A stretch of 64,000 nucleotides of DNA. Origin: Basidiobolus meristosporus CBS 931.73 (lineage: Eukaryota > Fungi > Basidiobolomycota). Of the stretch, positions 23,393 through 36,556 are shown one piece after another. How positions within the stretch are numbered: the stretch's first letter is position 1; each line of letters begins with the position of its first letter. Below the pieces are notes generated by a model, which was not told the DNA's origin, made no database searches, and saw only the letters and a program-made list of their open reading frames with translations. The stretch spans positions 1-64,000 of the forward strand of contig MCFE01000128.1 in the NCBI GenBank assembly GCA_002104905.1, written 5' to 3'. The translations under genes were made by a program, and so were the position numbers.

Positions 23393-25223
23393 ATGTCGGG
23401 AAAAGGAAAGAAGGGGCCTACTCAAGCAGAGAGATTAGTTAAAGCATGCGCTGAGATCGTGAACGAGCTGATTGCTGCGCATGACGTTGGAAAAAATGTC
23501 AACCTCAACGGTTTAAAGACAAACATTTCGCGCAAGAACAAGCTCGCTAATCAGCCCAAGCTGGTGGATATCATCGCAGCCATCCCGGAGCAATACAAGA
23601 AGATTTTGCTTCCAAAGCTTCGTGCCAAGCCAATTAGATCTGCCTCGGGTATTGCTGTGGTTGCTTTGATGTGCAAACCACATCGTTGCCCTCATATCGC
23701 TATGACTGGAAATATTTGCGTTTATTGTCCTGGTGGCCCCGATTCTGATTTCGAATACTCAACCCAGTCATACACTGGCTACGAACCCACAAGTATGCGT
23801 GCCATTCGTGCCCGTTATAACCCATACGAGCAAGCCAGAGGGCGTGTTGACCAATTGAAAAGTTTGGGGCACAGTGTCGACAAGGTAGATTGTATGCGTA
23901 TCTCTTGCTAGCGATGATATTTACCAAGACGATTACTTAGGTGGAATATATTATTATGGGCGGTACCTTCATGTCCATGCCTGAAGATTACCGTAACTGG
24001 TTCATTGCAAACATGCACGACGCCCTTTCGGGACACACCAGTCACGACGTCGATGAGGCCGTTAGGTAACGCCGTGTTGCTAATACGTAGCCAAAGTGGA
24101 AGCATAGCTGACACCAACTCTTTTTAGAATGTCGGAGCAGAGTCAGACAAAGTGTATCGGTATCACCATTGAGACCCGTCCAGACTACTGCCTAAAGCCT
24201 CACTTGAGTCAAATGCTGAAGTATGGATGCACGCGCTTGGAGATCGGAGTGCAGAGTGTGTACGAGGATGTTGCCCGAGATACCAATCGTGGACACACAG
24301 TGCGCGCAGTGTGCGAGTCCTTCCAGTTGGCCAAGGATGCAGGCTACAAGGTTGTTGCCCACATGATGCCAGACTTGCCCAACGTTGGCATGGAGCGTGA
24401 CTTGGAGCAATTCAAGGTGAGACTAACTAAAGGCCCAGTTTCCTGCCGGCCATTCTGAACTTACCCAACTCCAACCCAGGAATACTTCGAAAACCCCGCA
24501 TTCAGATCCGACGGGCTTAAGATCTACCCCACCCTGGTCATTCGTGGCACTGGTCTCTACGAGCTTTGGCGTACCGGGCGTTACAAGAACTATACACCGA
24601 ACGCATTGGTGGACTTGGTGGCGAAGATCTTGGCCCTCGTGCCACCGTGGACCAGAATCTATCGTGTTCAGAGAGACATCCCCATGCCACTGGTTACCTC
24701 TGGCGTTGAGCACGGGAATCTTAGAGAGCTTGCGCTGAACAGAATGAAGGATCTAGGCACGGAGTGCCGCGACGTCAGAACTAGAGAGGTTGGTATTGTC
24801 GATATCCACAGCAAGATTCTACCCGATCAAGTGGAGCTTATCAGGCGCGATTACGTTGCCAACGGAGGCTGGGAAACTTTCCTTTCTTACGAGGATCCCA
24901 AGCAAGATATTCTGATTGGATTGCTGCGTCTACGTAAATGCAGCAAGGCTGCGTTCAGACCCGAGCTCACCAAGCCAGGGCAATGCTCTATTGTGAGAGA
25001 GCTGCACGTCTACGGAACCGCCGTCCCCATCCACAACAGAGACCCCACCAAATTCCAGCACCAAGGGTACGGTACCTTGCTGATGGAGGAGGCCGAGAGA
25101 ATCGCTCGTGAGGAGCACGGTAGTGTCAAGCTGGCGGTTATTGCCGGGGTGGGAACCCGTCATTACTACCGCAAGCTGGGTTACGAACTCGATGGACCAT
25201 ATATGTCTAAGATGTTGAATTAA
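23393..25223 (+). CDS. ELP3: Elongator complex protein 3 (radical SAM + KAT)
   Basis: CKPHRCPH...[75 protein letters not shown]. Three introns. Confidence 0.98.
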
Positions 25224-25457
25224 AGATCAATGGAACACCCCGTGCATCATCCTTTCACCAGCATATTTCCCTGTATAACAACGTGACCTTCAGCAGCTCT
25301 AATAAACCTAATTCTTGGATGGAGACTTTTATTGAAAATACTAGAATACAATAGCAGCTGGGGAATGGTGTTGTTAGCTTAATATACATTGGATTCCCCG
25401 TAGGGTAAGCGTTTTGAACTCAGTTCAACGGTGTCCCAGGAAGTGTATCAGGAGCTT

Positions 25458-25691
25458 TTATTGCTCCCCGTCTTTTCCCTGCGCTACCTCGGCAAAGGAG
25501 TTGGAGAGGGAGCGTGGCTTGAATGTTTGGATCTTTGAGTTGCGTTGGGCAACGAGCTTCTGCGTGCATGGTGACATGATGTTGTCGGTTGGGCTGGAAA
25601 GATGGTTTTTCGCCGGGTTCATTAGACGATGTTTGAACACGACCTTGTTGGGGAGGGCCTCGAAAGTGGGTGCAGTGTTGTCGGAGGACAT
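25458..25691 (-). CDS. Spo12-family protein, 77 aa
   Basis: Signature SSPTDNIMSPCTQKL matches the Spo12 family core SPsDnlmSPcs.KL. Confidence 0.75.
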   Translation of the reverse strand: MSSDNTAPTFEALPNKVVFKHRLMNPAKNHLSSPTDNIMSPCTQKLVAQRNSKIQTFKPRSLSNSFAEVAQGKDGEQ

Positions 25692-26266
25692 GGTGAGTGG
25701 ACGGCTAGTGGTTGAACGAATAGAGAATCCTCGCTAAACCGACTTAAATATGCACTCATTCAAACCTAACGAAAACAAAAAAAATTGACTGTAAACAACG
25801 CATTCTGCGATCTGATTTGCTGGTGGGGTGTGTGTGGGCAAATCAACAACATTGAAGCTTAGATCGGTGGTTGTGGGAGCCTTTGAGCAGATCTAGGGGC
25901 AGGGCTGGAGGGGCAGGGTGGGTGGAGTAGAGTAGGCATCCAAATCAAGATCCACCAAGACGGCGTTTCAGCAGCCTCCATTCGCAAGGAGACTGCAGAT
26001 AGGATGCAGGGTAGAGCTGTAATATGCCTATATTCCCGAAGAATTGATTTTTCACTCTCTGGTAGATGGATGCAAGGGGCAATGTTCATATTAGTGAAGT
26101 AGGCTTGAACTGCTCTGCTCGCCTCCCTTGTACTCATTATTTCATGGCCATTTTCTTTCGACGCCATTGTTTCGCAAAATAATCTTCCCCACAATCACCC
26201 ATTGTTTCATATTGCTTATCTTCCTGCTCTTCCCAGTTTTCTGTTTCTCACCTCAAGTTGGGTTGA

Positions 26267-27267
26267 ATGGTTACCACCGTGCCGCGCCAAGATTATCGTG
26301 TTTCGGGCGTTTCCGTACGATGTGTAGACTGTGGTCAAGACGTGGGCCTTTACCCAGCCAGACACAAATGTGGCCAGCCAACCGCTTCGCCTACCTTTTG
26401 GACGAAAATCATGAATATCTACTCACACACCGATGGTCAGAAACCAGCTTTCGTATCAACTCTGTTCTGGTATTTAGGCTAAACCGCTTATGCATTCCTT
26501 AGCCAAACCAAAAGCCACCGTTCAACCACAACCCGTGTCGCCAGCGACTCCAAATTTTTGGGGAAGAATCAAAACCAATATGTTCTCTTCCAGCGCACCA
26601 CCTGGTAAGTGGTTGCTTCAGCAATTGGTGGGGCGCGCGCAGTATCGCTAACGAGAGCCTTATAGATTCCGACGATTCGGACTGGGAAGAAGAAACCCAC
26701 GTTGAAAGAGTCCTTAGAGAGTACTATCAAACAAAAGAGTCCCCAGTTCCTGACTGGATTGCCAGCCCACCCCCTTCTTTGCCCTCGCAAGCATTACCCA
26801 CCACCTCATACACTATCATTGAAACCAGCAAATTCGAGGAACATGAAGCAGAGACTGTGACCCAAGGGGAACTCCAAATCGACACGTCCCGGCTAATATA
26901 TCAGAATCGTCTAGAAACAGGCTCAACAAGACCCTCGCCTTCCCGATTGACTCCTACAACCGGTAACCCATTTGAACAACCCAAAGGGGCTCTCAGTGCA
27001 GCATCGGAGCCAACAACCCCACGGAATATAGGGGAAGCGGGTAGAGTGCCAAATGGCGCTGAACGGCCTAAGCATGCGAGCCCACAGCGGTCTATACCAA
27101 AAGCCCATACCTCGCCTTCTCCTAAAGATAAAACACCAAACAACCCAGTTTCCAGAATCCAGACCTCGCCAACAAAGTTGGCCAAATCTCCCGTTTCAAA
27201 GCAGAGGTCCATCTACACTCAGAGGATGGATTCGCACACCCCCAGAAGCCCAAGGTCGAAGGGATGA
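26267..27267 (+). CDS. Mso1-like (Sec1-binding domain) protein with N-terminal Cys/His motif, two introns
   Basis: DSDDSDWEEETHVERVLREYYQTKESPVPDWI resembles the fungal Mso1 Sec1-binding segment. N-terminal RCVDCGQDVGLYPARHKC and a P/S/T-rich tail. The first intron boundary is inferred. Confidence 0.6.
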
Positions 27268-27490
27268 AGTCGAAGGCGGTGTTGAAAATATGTACAGAAA
27301 CATAATAGATCAATAAAATCCAGGGAAACCTCAACCACGGATCCACCGAATCCGGGTGAAAAATGACCACGAAAAAAGCTTATTTAGTCCAAATTAAAAT
27401 GGGATTTTGGATTTGGAAATCCTTGATATCATCGGTACAGAGCGGTAACATTCTCTACTTGAATTCACCACCAGACCTACCTCCACCTCG

Positions 27491-27811
27491 ATGACCTCTC
27501 AAGCTACACAAGAAATCCCCAAGGTAGGCGATGTGCCCTCGGGGCTATTCAGAAAGCTACTGATCATGACCGCCGCCTTGATCCTTTCCCCAATCACGCT
27601 GTTCTTCGTACTGCAAAGCCTCACAGGTAAGACTACTTGGCAAGTGTCGTTGATTGCCACTCGGTGTTAAACTTCATCCAACATTCATCCAGGAAGCAAC
27701 GCGGTGTCGGCAGGAGCGGCGGCAATTTTGGCGAACGTGATCGTTTTCGGATACGTTGCCACCATCATGAACAGCGAGTCCGAGGAAGAGAAGCTCAAGA
27801 AGGCCGAATAA
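27491..27811 (+). CDS. VMA21: V-ATPase assembly factor Vma21
   Basis: Two TM helices (KLLIMTAALILSPITLFF; AAAILANVIVFGYV) and a C-terminal KKAE ER-retrieval signal. Intron 27627-27692. Confidence 0.85.
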
Positions 27812-28097
27812 GCCCAAAGCAGCATTTGTAGTCAACCTTTTGCTTAATGAATCACTCGTACACACGTGCAGATATTTATATTCATTTGTATTGATTACAT
27901 GCGATTAGCATTCAAAAGGGGCCATTTCACATTCCACACATACAAACAACCAAATGGGAAAATTAGGATTCTAGAGGAGGATGGAGGGGAAGGGAAGGGT
28001 CAAAAAGAAAAGTGGTGAATGAAAAATGGGGATGACAATATTACATCGAAATGAAGAAACGGTAGAAATCTTGCTGGAAATCTTGCTGGCGGGGTGA

Positions 28098-29668
28098 TCA
28101 ATCGAGTCTCACGTGTGTTTGACTCCTGGGAACGGGAGTGAAGTTGTGGACGTCAATGCCGCGGGAGAGAAGCTCGTGCTCACAATGGGGTGGTACAAGA
28201 GTGTGGATGAGGTCGGGACGGATCGACAGCTCTGATGAGGGGAGAGAAATGTTAGCCTGTCCCTAGGCAGCTGGCGGGCTTTGCGCGGTGCTTACCATGA
28301 GCAGTGAAATTGAACAACGGGGGGAATTCCTTGGCAATCTCCGAATTCTGGCGCAACTCGTTGAAGAATGGATGCGCCATCGCCTCCAATGCGGTGAGTC
28401 TCTTGTTGGGCGTGTAGTCGAGAAGCTGTGTAACCAGATCCACCGCATCCTCAGGTGCCCGAGAGCGGAAGATCTTGGAGAACGGATGAGGCTTGATTTG
28501 GGGGAATTTGTGATCAACGTAATGAGGATTCATGCTATAAATTTGCTCTCTTGTGGGAGTTCCCAGCACTTTGATGATCTCAACCAGCTGGTCAATGCTG
28601 CTATCGCCAGGAAAGAGTGGCTGACCAGTGATCAACTCGGCCATAACACATCCAGAAGACCAGATATCTAGGTAGGCAACACAGAGTCAATGGTGATGAA
28701 GAAATGTCAGTGGCTGCATTGGACTTACCTATGCTGGAGGTATAGTTGGTGGCACTAAATATGAGCTCGGGGGCCCGGTAATAGCGCGAGCAAATATAAG
28801 CTACGTTGGGCTCGCCTGGGACTAGTGCTTTGGCGCTGTCAATGTGGTTAGAACGGCTGGTAGAGACGGTGGCTCAGTCAAGCGAACGTACCTTCCAAAG
28901 TCGCATAGCTTTAAAACTCCGGTGCCACTGTTGACGAGCAGATTCTGAGGCTTGATGTCTCGATGGCATACTCCGATGGAGTGGATGTAGGCGAGGGAGC
29001 GGAAGAGCTGATACATGTAGAGCTTTACGTGAAGCATGGGAACTTGCTGTCTCATTTTGTTGTATTGCCTCACAACTTTATAGATCGTTTCGGGGACATA
29101 CTCAAGAATCAAGTTCAGGTAGACCTCTTCCTTCTGTTTGACAAGTGGGTTAGTGAGCTTTGCATAATGAGGCGATTAAACGTATAGCACTTACCCGCTC
29201 GCCATTGGTATGGAAAAATGCCTTCAAATCTACTATGTTGGGATGGGACAGAGTTCTCATAATCTGCAATTCTCGATTCTACGATATCTAGGTAAGCGAG
29301 GGCGCTGTCGTCACACAGGATGCATAAGGTCTTGCGTACCTTGTATCTTCGGTCTTGCAAGACTTTCTTTATGGCAATCTCTTCGCCAGTTTCCAGAAGC
29401 TGTGCTTGATAGACAACTCCGAACGAGCCGTTGCCGACCACCTTGCAGTTGGTGTATGAGACTTCGAGTGGCTCTCCGGTTTTACCTTCACTAACGGATA
29501 CACGAACAATCTGGCTTGGATCGTTTTCTCCTATCGATGAGAGGGTAGGTCAGTTGCCGGAACAATGTGCACCCAATTCCGCATGGATGTTCGTAAACAC
29601 GCTCGAGGCTTACCGAGGAAACGAGAGCCGTTTGAAGAAGCAACTTGAGTTGGACCTTGATTAGCCAT
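28098..29668 (-). CDS. GSK3: Glycogen synthase kinase 3 family kinase
   Basis: [84 protein letters not shown]. Six introns traced. Confidence 0.95.
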
Positions 29669-30435
29669 ATATACTTTCTACGAGCAAGGACAGTTGTAAG
29701 CGAGTGAAGAAAAGCACCATCCGATACTATAACAAATACCTTATTGATAAATAGAGTAAAAAGCGAGGATTGGGTGAAGTGGGGTGAAGCAAAAGTAATC
29801 GACTCGGTAAAGAAATGCGGCTCGAGAAACACGCGTAAAGATGGAGTAGCCAGGGAGATAGCCAGGAAAGTTTGGGTTTTGAGTGATGTTGCAACTTCTA
29901 ATGATCTTGTATCAAGAGAAGTCAGTGAAAAGAAAAAGGAAGCTCTGGGTAGTGAACGAATTATCAGGCGCACTCAACCATCAGATTGCTCTGATAGTAG
30001 TATCAACTCGGTTAAACCGGTCATTGAAAACACACGCCGATTTGAGATTGAGGCCGATTTCGGGGAGCCGATCCAGGCCTACTGCTCATGGTCAGATGAT
30101 GTAACCCCAGTATGTGAACTTTCTCAGCGATAAATAAATAAATAAAAGGCAACACAAGAACTGGACCGCTTGTCCATCATTTGGGGAAAGTGCACCCCAA
30201 GCTTTTTCCTAATTCGAAACATTATGCTGGACCCTAGACTCTTTTGATTAGGGTGTGATAACGTACAATAATCATTTGTGGCTTAAGGTTTATAACCAAG
30301 CTTACATTATGCGCTAACCGAGACCTAGGTAAATGCCATTCTTGTATTTGAATAAGTCAGATTTCTGCCTGTTTACTGATTAATTCCTGCTTAATCTCCT
30401 CTCTATATCCCATACACCGATTCTGTCCTAGCCTC

Positions 30436-30454
30436 AACCCTAACCCTAACCCTA
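30436..30454 (+). repeat. Short interstitial telomere-type tract (AACCCT)3A
   Basis: aaccctaaccctaacccta, flanked by degenerate ccctag/ccctg units, in the GSK3-kinesin intergenic region. Confidence 0.8.
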
Positions 30455-31026
30455 GCCCTGCCAAATCTAATATACATAGGCTTAATTAATGGCTCGATTG
30501 TCCATAGCCAACCAAATTTCTCCAACAGCAACGCTTTTGCTGGACAAGTGGGGGTACTCCTAAAGTGTATGAACAAAGCCACAATATCCGCTGAATCATG
30601 TTTACCTCGCTAAATTATACTTACTTTGCTAACCAATCCGATAGATTGGTTACTAAAGTCAACAAGTTCCGGTTAGAATCGCACGGGGTAATTATAGGGC
30701 AGGCTTACCCCGTGCCAGAAATCTTCCTAGAGACTCAGCAGCCCCTATCATTAACTGCATAAGTTACTACAGTAGAGCAGCCATCCTAAATACCTGCTAT
30801 TGCTCCCTTTCAGAGTTATCTCCAACGTTTTCTAGTTTTTTGGTTCCTTCTTAACTGTACTGAAACAAAAGGGGAAGTGTCTTGTTTATTTTGCTCGCTT
30901 ACTCCATCTCCCAGGGATTCTCTGCTGCAAATAGCTTCATCTGAAAAGGTAAAGTGGGGTTGCACCAGACCTTCCAAGGTACGCAGCGGTGTTAACACTG
31001 GTTTTCTAGTCTGACGGCTGGAACAC

Positions 31027-34000
31027 ATGTCAGGAAATAATATTAAAGTAGTGTGTCGGTTTCGTCCGCAAAACAAAATCGAAGACAAAAACAATGGTGT
31101 CTCTATCATTGATATCGATGATTCTGGAACCACAGTGAAGTTGGAGGTAAGGGGAATTTCTTTGTGTACTCCAACCAACACTTGCCTGTGGTGTTCTGAG
31201 CACAGATTTCTCTCCACAGAGTAAAGAGTACCCTGGTACTTTCACCTTTGATAGATGCTTTGGGCCAACCACTTCCCAACAAGAATTGTTTGAATACGGC
31301 ATTTTGCAAACTGTAGATGGTACGTGATGATAGTCCTTTCCAAGGTTAACAGTGAATAACTGTGAAATACTGATTGCCGACTTCAGATGTTATGAATGGT
31401 TATAACGGAACTGTCTTCGCTTACGGTCAGACTGGTAGTGGTAAAACGCACACCATGATGGTATGCTATCGATGGATATAGCCCTGCCAAAGCGTTTCGC
31501 TAAATGGTTTATTCGATAGGGTGATATGGAGAGTGAGGAGTTCAAGGGGATTATCCCTCGTATTGTCGAGACCATCTTCAAGTCCATTCACAACTCGCCA
31601 TCTACCATTGAGTACACTGTCAAAGTATCTTACATGGAAATCTACATGGAGAAGATTCGTGATTTGTTGAACCGTGAGTATTCGTACGGATGCTACTTTA
31701 CTGTTGATCCTAACCCAAACCTACTGTTCACCAGCCAAGAATGACAATCTTCCTATTCATGAGGAGAAGAATCGCGGCATCTACGTCAAGGACTTGTGCG
31801 AAGTATATGTCAGTGACTTGAATGAAGTCTACGAAGTCATGAACCGTGGTGGAAGTGCTCGTGTGGTCTCATTCACAAGTAAGTGGCCATTCGGCGAATT
31901 AATACTCATGCCAGATTTCTGACTTCTCATTGCCACCAAGACATGAACGCCGAAAGTTCTCGATCCCATTCGATCTTCATGATAGTCATCAACCAAAAGA
32001 ATCTGCAGGATGGAAGCTTGAAAAGTGGAAAGCTATACTTGGTAGATTTGGCAGGTTCGGAGAAAGTAGGAAAAACCGGGGCTTCAGGTCAAACTTTAGA
32101 AGAGGCCAAGAAGATCAACAAATCTCTGACCGCTCTCGGAATGGTCATCAATGCTTTGACCGACGGAAAGGTAGGTCAGCTGAAATATGACTTCTCGAAA
32201 TTCCTTACTAACTCCCTTGAAACAAGTCCACACATATTCCATATCGTGATAGTAAGCTTACCAGAATCCTGCAAGAGTCTCTAGGTGGTAACTCTCGGAC
32301 CACATTGATTATTAATTGTTCTCCTTCGTCGTATAACGACGCCGAAACTCTGGGGACCTTGCGTTTCGGAATGAGGTAAGAGATGTCCTACAGCCTCATC
32401 TGGGCACTATGTCCCTGTATTTACCTTGCTTGTCAATGTCAGAGCCAAGACCATTAAGAACAAGGCCAAGGTTAATCAAGATCTCAGCCCCGCTGAGCTT
32501 AAGGCGATGTTGAAGCAATCCAAGGCGGAGGCGCTCACTTTCAAACAGTATATCTCTTTGTTGGAAGGGGAGTTGGTTATCTGGCGCTCAGGTGGGTGGT
32601 CATTTGGTTATACCAATGGAAAGCAAGCCTAATGGTTAATTTGTTGTAAGGTGGGACTGTCCCTGAGGAAAAGTATGCCACAATGGAGAAGATCACTGGC
32701 AAGAACAAAGGGTCAGCTGCCGCACCTACGGCCTCAAGCCCTACTCAGCCGGAACAGCCCGCTCTGGCAGCACCTCCCACTCCCACTGCTTCTATCACCC
32801 CCGAGCCATTTGGAGTTGATTCTCGCCCAATGACCCCTGCTCTAGTTCTCCAAGACGACGAGCGCGAGGAGTTCTTGAAGAGAGAAAATGAGTTATCTGA
32901 CCAACTTACCGATAAGGTCAGTGAATCTGCGCATCATCCCGTATTCTGTCATTTAATGCTTTACTACAGGAATCGGAGCTCAACAACCAGATCAAACTCA
33001 ACGAGACCTTGAAAGAAGAATTCAGCTTCCTCAAGGAGGAGGCCATGCAGTATGCAAAGGTAAGTGCCAGAGGCACTTCCGGTTTCTTGCACTCGGACTA
33101 ACTCTTTCTGTGCTAGGAAAACAAAGACATGATTCAGAAGATCAATGAATTAAGACTCCAGATGGAGAAGCTAACTTACGAGAACAAGGATGTGACCATC
33201 AACATGGACAGTCTCAAAGAAGCTAATCAGGAGCTGATGGAAGAAGTAGAGGAGCTGAAGGTAAACTACGAACACATATTTTCTGCTTACGGAGTCGATG
33301 TTTACCAAGATCGCCCCTTTTCTAGAAAACGATCACTGAGCTCCGCCGCATGTCCAAGGAGGCAGCTGACGAAGGCAAAGAGAAGAAAAAGCAAGAGAAG
33401 ATGGCACAGATGATGGCTGAGCTTGACCCTGCTGTTAGTATTTGCTTATTTATTGGCGCCGGCTTTTAGGGTTATTGATGAATTGTTTAGATCTCTGAAA
33501 AAGAGCAACAGATTAGACGCGCTCTCTCTGAGCTGGACGATATCGAAGGCAAATCCGAGACTTTCACCAACGGTGAAGTGAAGGCGTTGAGATCAGACCT
33601 ATCTCAAGCCAAAACACTTATGGAACAGCATGAGCAAACCATCAATGAGCTCACACACGAAAACGATATGCTCACCCGCAAGAGAGATGAGCTTGAAGTT
33701 AGACTTACTACACTTGAAGCAGAGTATGAGGACTTACTAGGTACAAATTCCCTGTTTTATCCAATCCCCTGCTTCAGGCATTTACCCCATTGATTACCAA
33801 TCTAGACAAAACCATTGCCGAAGAGGAGGCTGGTAGCAATCTGGATATCTCCGAAACCGTGGCTGAGTTGAAGGTACTGTCTAAGCCATTACGATAACCT
33901 TTCCACACGTATTCACACATTCTTCAGAACAAACTTGAGGCCCAATATAATGCCAAGCGTGAAGCTCAGGTCCAAGAGGTTGACGATCTCCGGAAGGAGA

Positions 34001-34895
34001 TTGAAAGGAAGAATGAAGACATCCAGAAGCTGAACAGGTATGTAGCCACCGCTTGTATTGCTTGGTTACCTCACCACTCACCACTCACCTCCAACTTCTT
34101 TAGTGGCTTGGCAGAGTTAAAGAGAGTTAATGAAGAGCTTAGAGTAAGTAGCCTGCAGACGACGCTTGCGATCAATATACACCGACTAATCACTTCTTGT
34201 ACGTGTAGGCTGCTCTTGCCAAAGCCCAAAGTCGCTCTACAACTGGCGGCCGCGACGTCTCCGAAAAGGAGAAGGATATTGAGAGAATCCGTAAAACCAT
34301 GGCCCAGCAGCTGGCTGACTTCGAGGTGATGAAGAAATCGCTCATGAGAGACCTTCAAAACCGCTGTGAGAAAGTGGTGGAGCTTGAGATTTCATTGGAT
34401 GAGACACGCGAGCAGTACAACACCATCCTTAGAAATAACAATATCAAGGCACAGCAGAAGAAGATGGCATTCCTTGAGCGTAATCTTGAGCAGCTAACCA
34501 ACGTCCAGAAGCAGTTGGTCGAACAGAACACCTCGCTGAAGAAAGAAGTTGCCATCGCCGAGCGTAAACTCATTGCTAGAAATGAGCGTATCCAGAGTTT
34601 GGAGACATTGTTACAGGATGCCCAGCTGAAGCTCACCTCGCAGCAACAGAAATTCGAGGCTCAAATGCAAGCAGTCAAAGAAAGACTGGAGCAGGCTCGC
34701 ACTGCCAAAGTCAATACAGGCATGATGGGCTTCAACTTCGGTCGCATTGCCAAGCCACTCCGCGGAGGTGGAGCGCCTGCACCCGACCAAGAAGATCTCA
34801 GCGGTGGCCTTCCCGGCAACCCCGCCGTAGAAAAGTTGGCCGCGCCCAGCAACAAGAGATCATCCTGGCTCGCTAGCTGGAGAAACGCTCCTTGA
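31027..34895 (+). CDS. Kinesin-1 heavy chain (conventional fungal kinesin)
   Basis: [50 protein letters not shown], coiled-coil stalk, [15 protein letters not shown] and the autoinhibitory tail [10 protein letters not shown]. Many introns. Confidence 0.97.
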
Positions 34896-35257
34896 ACAAA
34901 TTAAAATAACCACCCTTCTATACCTATTTTATTCGTTCACACTAATCCTCGCTCGCTCATCAAGCATTCTTTTGTGCCATATAAACCACTTTAGCTTCTG
35001 AACGGAAGCCCTACCGTAATAATTATTTCGCCCCTTCCAATGCACTCTACGCTTGGAGCGCATTACGATGTTCGATTCTCTATTTTGAAGAATAAATTCC
35101 ACTTCTGGTCACCTGACCTAACTACGCTACATCAGATGGGAGGGTTGGCGATGGAGAAATTTTTCCTGATCTACTGTCGGACTCGTTTATACCAGCCTCA
35201 ACTGCTGCCTCCTTCCCTCCGTTTCACATAACGATACTGTCTTTCTAATACGTAGTC

Positions 35258-36380
35258 ATGTCTAACTCTGGTCTTGCCCCCATCTGGAATCCTCTGTATT
35301 TTGTTCAACGCTTCAACGAATACAAGGCCAGCCTTGGTCTCCCGAACCCTGGCCCATACGAAGCTATTCAACGTGAAGTCAAAAGTGAGTGGGTGCGCAA
35401 GCGAGGCACAGAACCCAGTTGGAGCTAATCAATGTTTTCTTCGCAGATACCTTTCTGACCAACCACGTATTCGACGGGGCCAGAGCTGACTTGACCAAGG
35501 TTTTGTCTCAAAACTTCCAAGTCACTCATTCGTTCTCCCTCGGATCTATGGTGATGCCTCCCACCTACAGCTTCGGTACTGTTTTCGTCGGCGCCAAGGT
35601 ATCTAGCATATTCTCGAGGAAACTCGCCCTCTCCCGAACAGCTGACTTACAAGCCTCCTTTAGTCCTTCCTTCAAGGAACTATCGACACCGATGGCAGCT
35701 TACAAGCCCGACTCAACTACGCCTGGTCACCCAACCTGGTTTCCAAAGTCCAAAGCCAAGTAAGTGCAGTGGCCCGATACGCTCGGAGAGTTTCGGTTAA
35801 CATAGATGATTGGTGTATGTAGCTTTCCAACCAACCCGGCCACTCCATGCTTCAACTCGAGACCGATTACAACGGGGACGATTTCAACCTTAATGTCAAG
35901 GCCGTCAACCCCTCCCCTGCCGAGGGCACCGGAATCTTCGTTGGTAGCTACCTCCAGTCGGTGACCAAGAACCTATCGGTTGGTCTCGAGGGTCTTCTCC
36001 AGAAGCCTACCCCAGACATCGAGGAGTCCGGCTTGGCCTACGTAGCTAGATACGCCAAGGACAACTACATTGCCACCGCTCAATTCCAAGGCATGGGAGT
36101 CATCCAAGCCTCCTACTACCAAAAGATCAACGAGAAGGTGGATTTCGGCACTGAGGTTCAGATCCTCTGTGCCCAGGGACGCCGTGAAGCCGTCTGCTCC
36201 GTCGGCGGAAAGTTCGACTTCAGACAGGCCACCTTCCGCGGTCAGGTAGACACCACCGGCAAGGTCTCGGCAGTTTTGGAAGAGAAGATGGCGCCCGGCT
36301 TCTCCTTCCTCATCAGCGGAGAGATCGATCACATGAAGGGAGCCAGCAGATTTGGCGTCGGAATCATGTTGGAAGCTTAA
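35258..36380 (+). CDS. TOM40: Mitochondrial outer membrane translocase Tom40
   Basis: LGLPNPGPYEAIQREVK, FDGARADLTK, QNFQVTHSFSLGS, VNPSPAEGTGIFVGSYLQSVTKNLSVG, SGEIDH. Three introns. Confidence 0.95.
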
Positions 36381-36556
36381 TCAGATTGTCAACAATTCAT
36401 AGCGATCCGCAGCAAATATCACCCTTCCCACCAACCTTCCCTCTCAACTTTTCATGTTCAATGACCCTTTCTATTTTGAACTTAGAATATATTGCATTTT
36501 ATAAATAAGTGATATTAAATTTTTCATGTTGTTGATAACGGTCGCTTGTTTGCCGC

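Noticed and set aside
27240-27316. Possible frameshift extending the Mso1-like protein to ...DEVEGGVENMYRNIIDQ
   Set aside because: The as-read stop at 27267 is plausible for a low-complexity tail, and I cannot decide without homologs or reads.
28790-28830. GSK3 activation-loop variant EPNVAY versus the usual EPNVSY
   Set aside because: A single conservative change next to an intact Tyr; not enough to infer altered function.
29491-30133. ORFs 29491-29973 (-) and 29744-30133 (+) upstream of GSK3
   Set aside because: They lie in a pyrimidine-rich 5'-UTR/promoter-like sequence. GSK3 has a good ATG at 29668 and these ORFs have no recognisable features.
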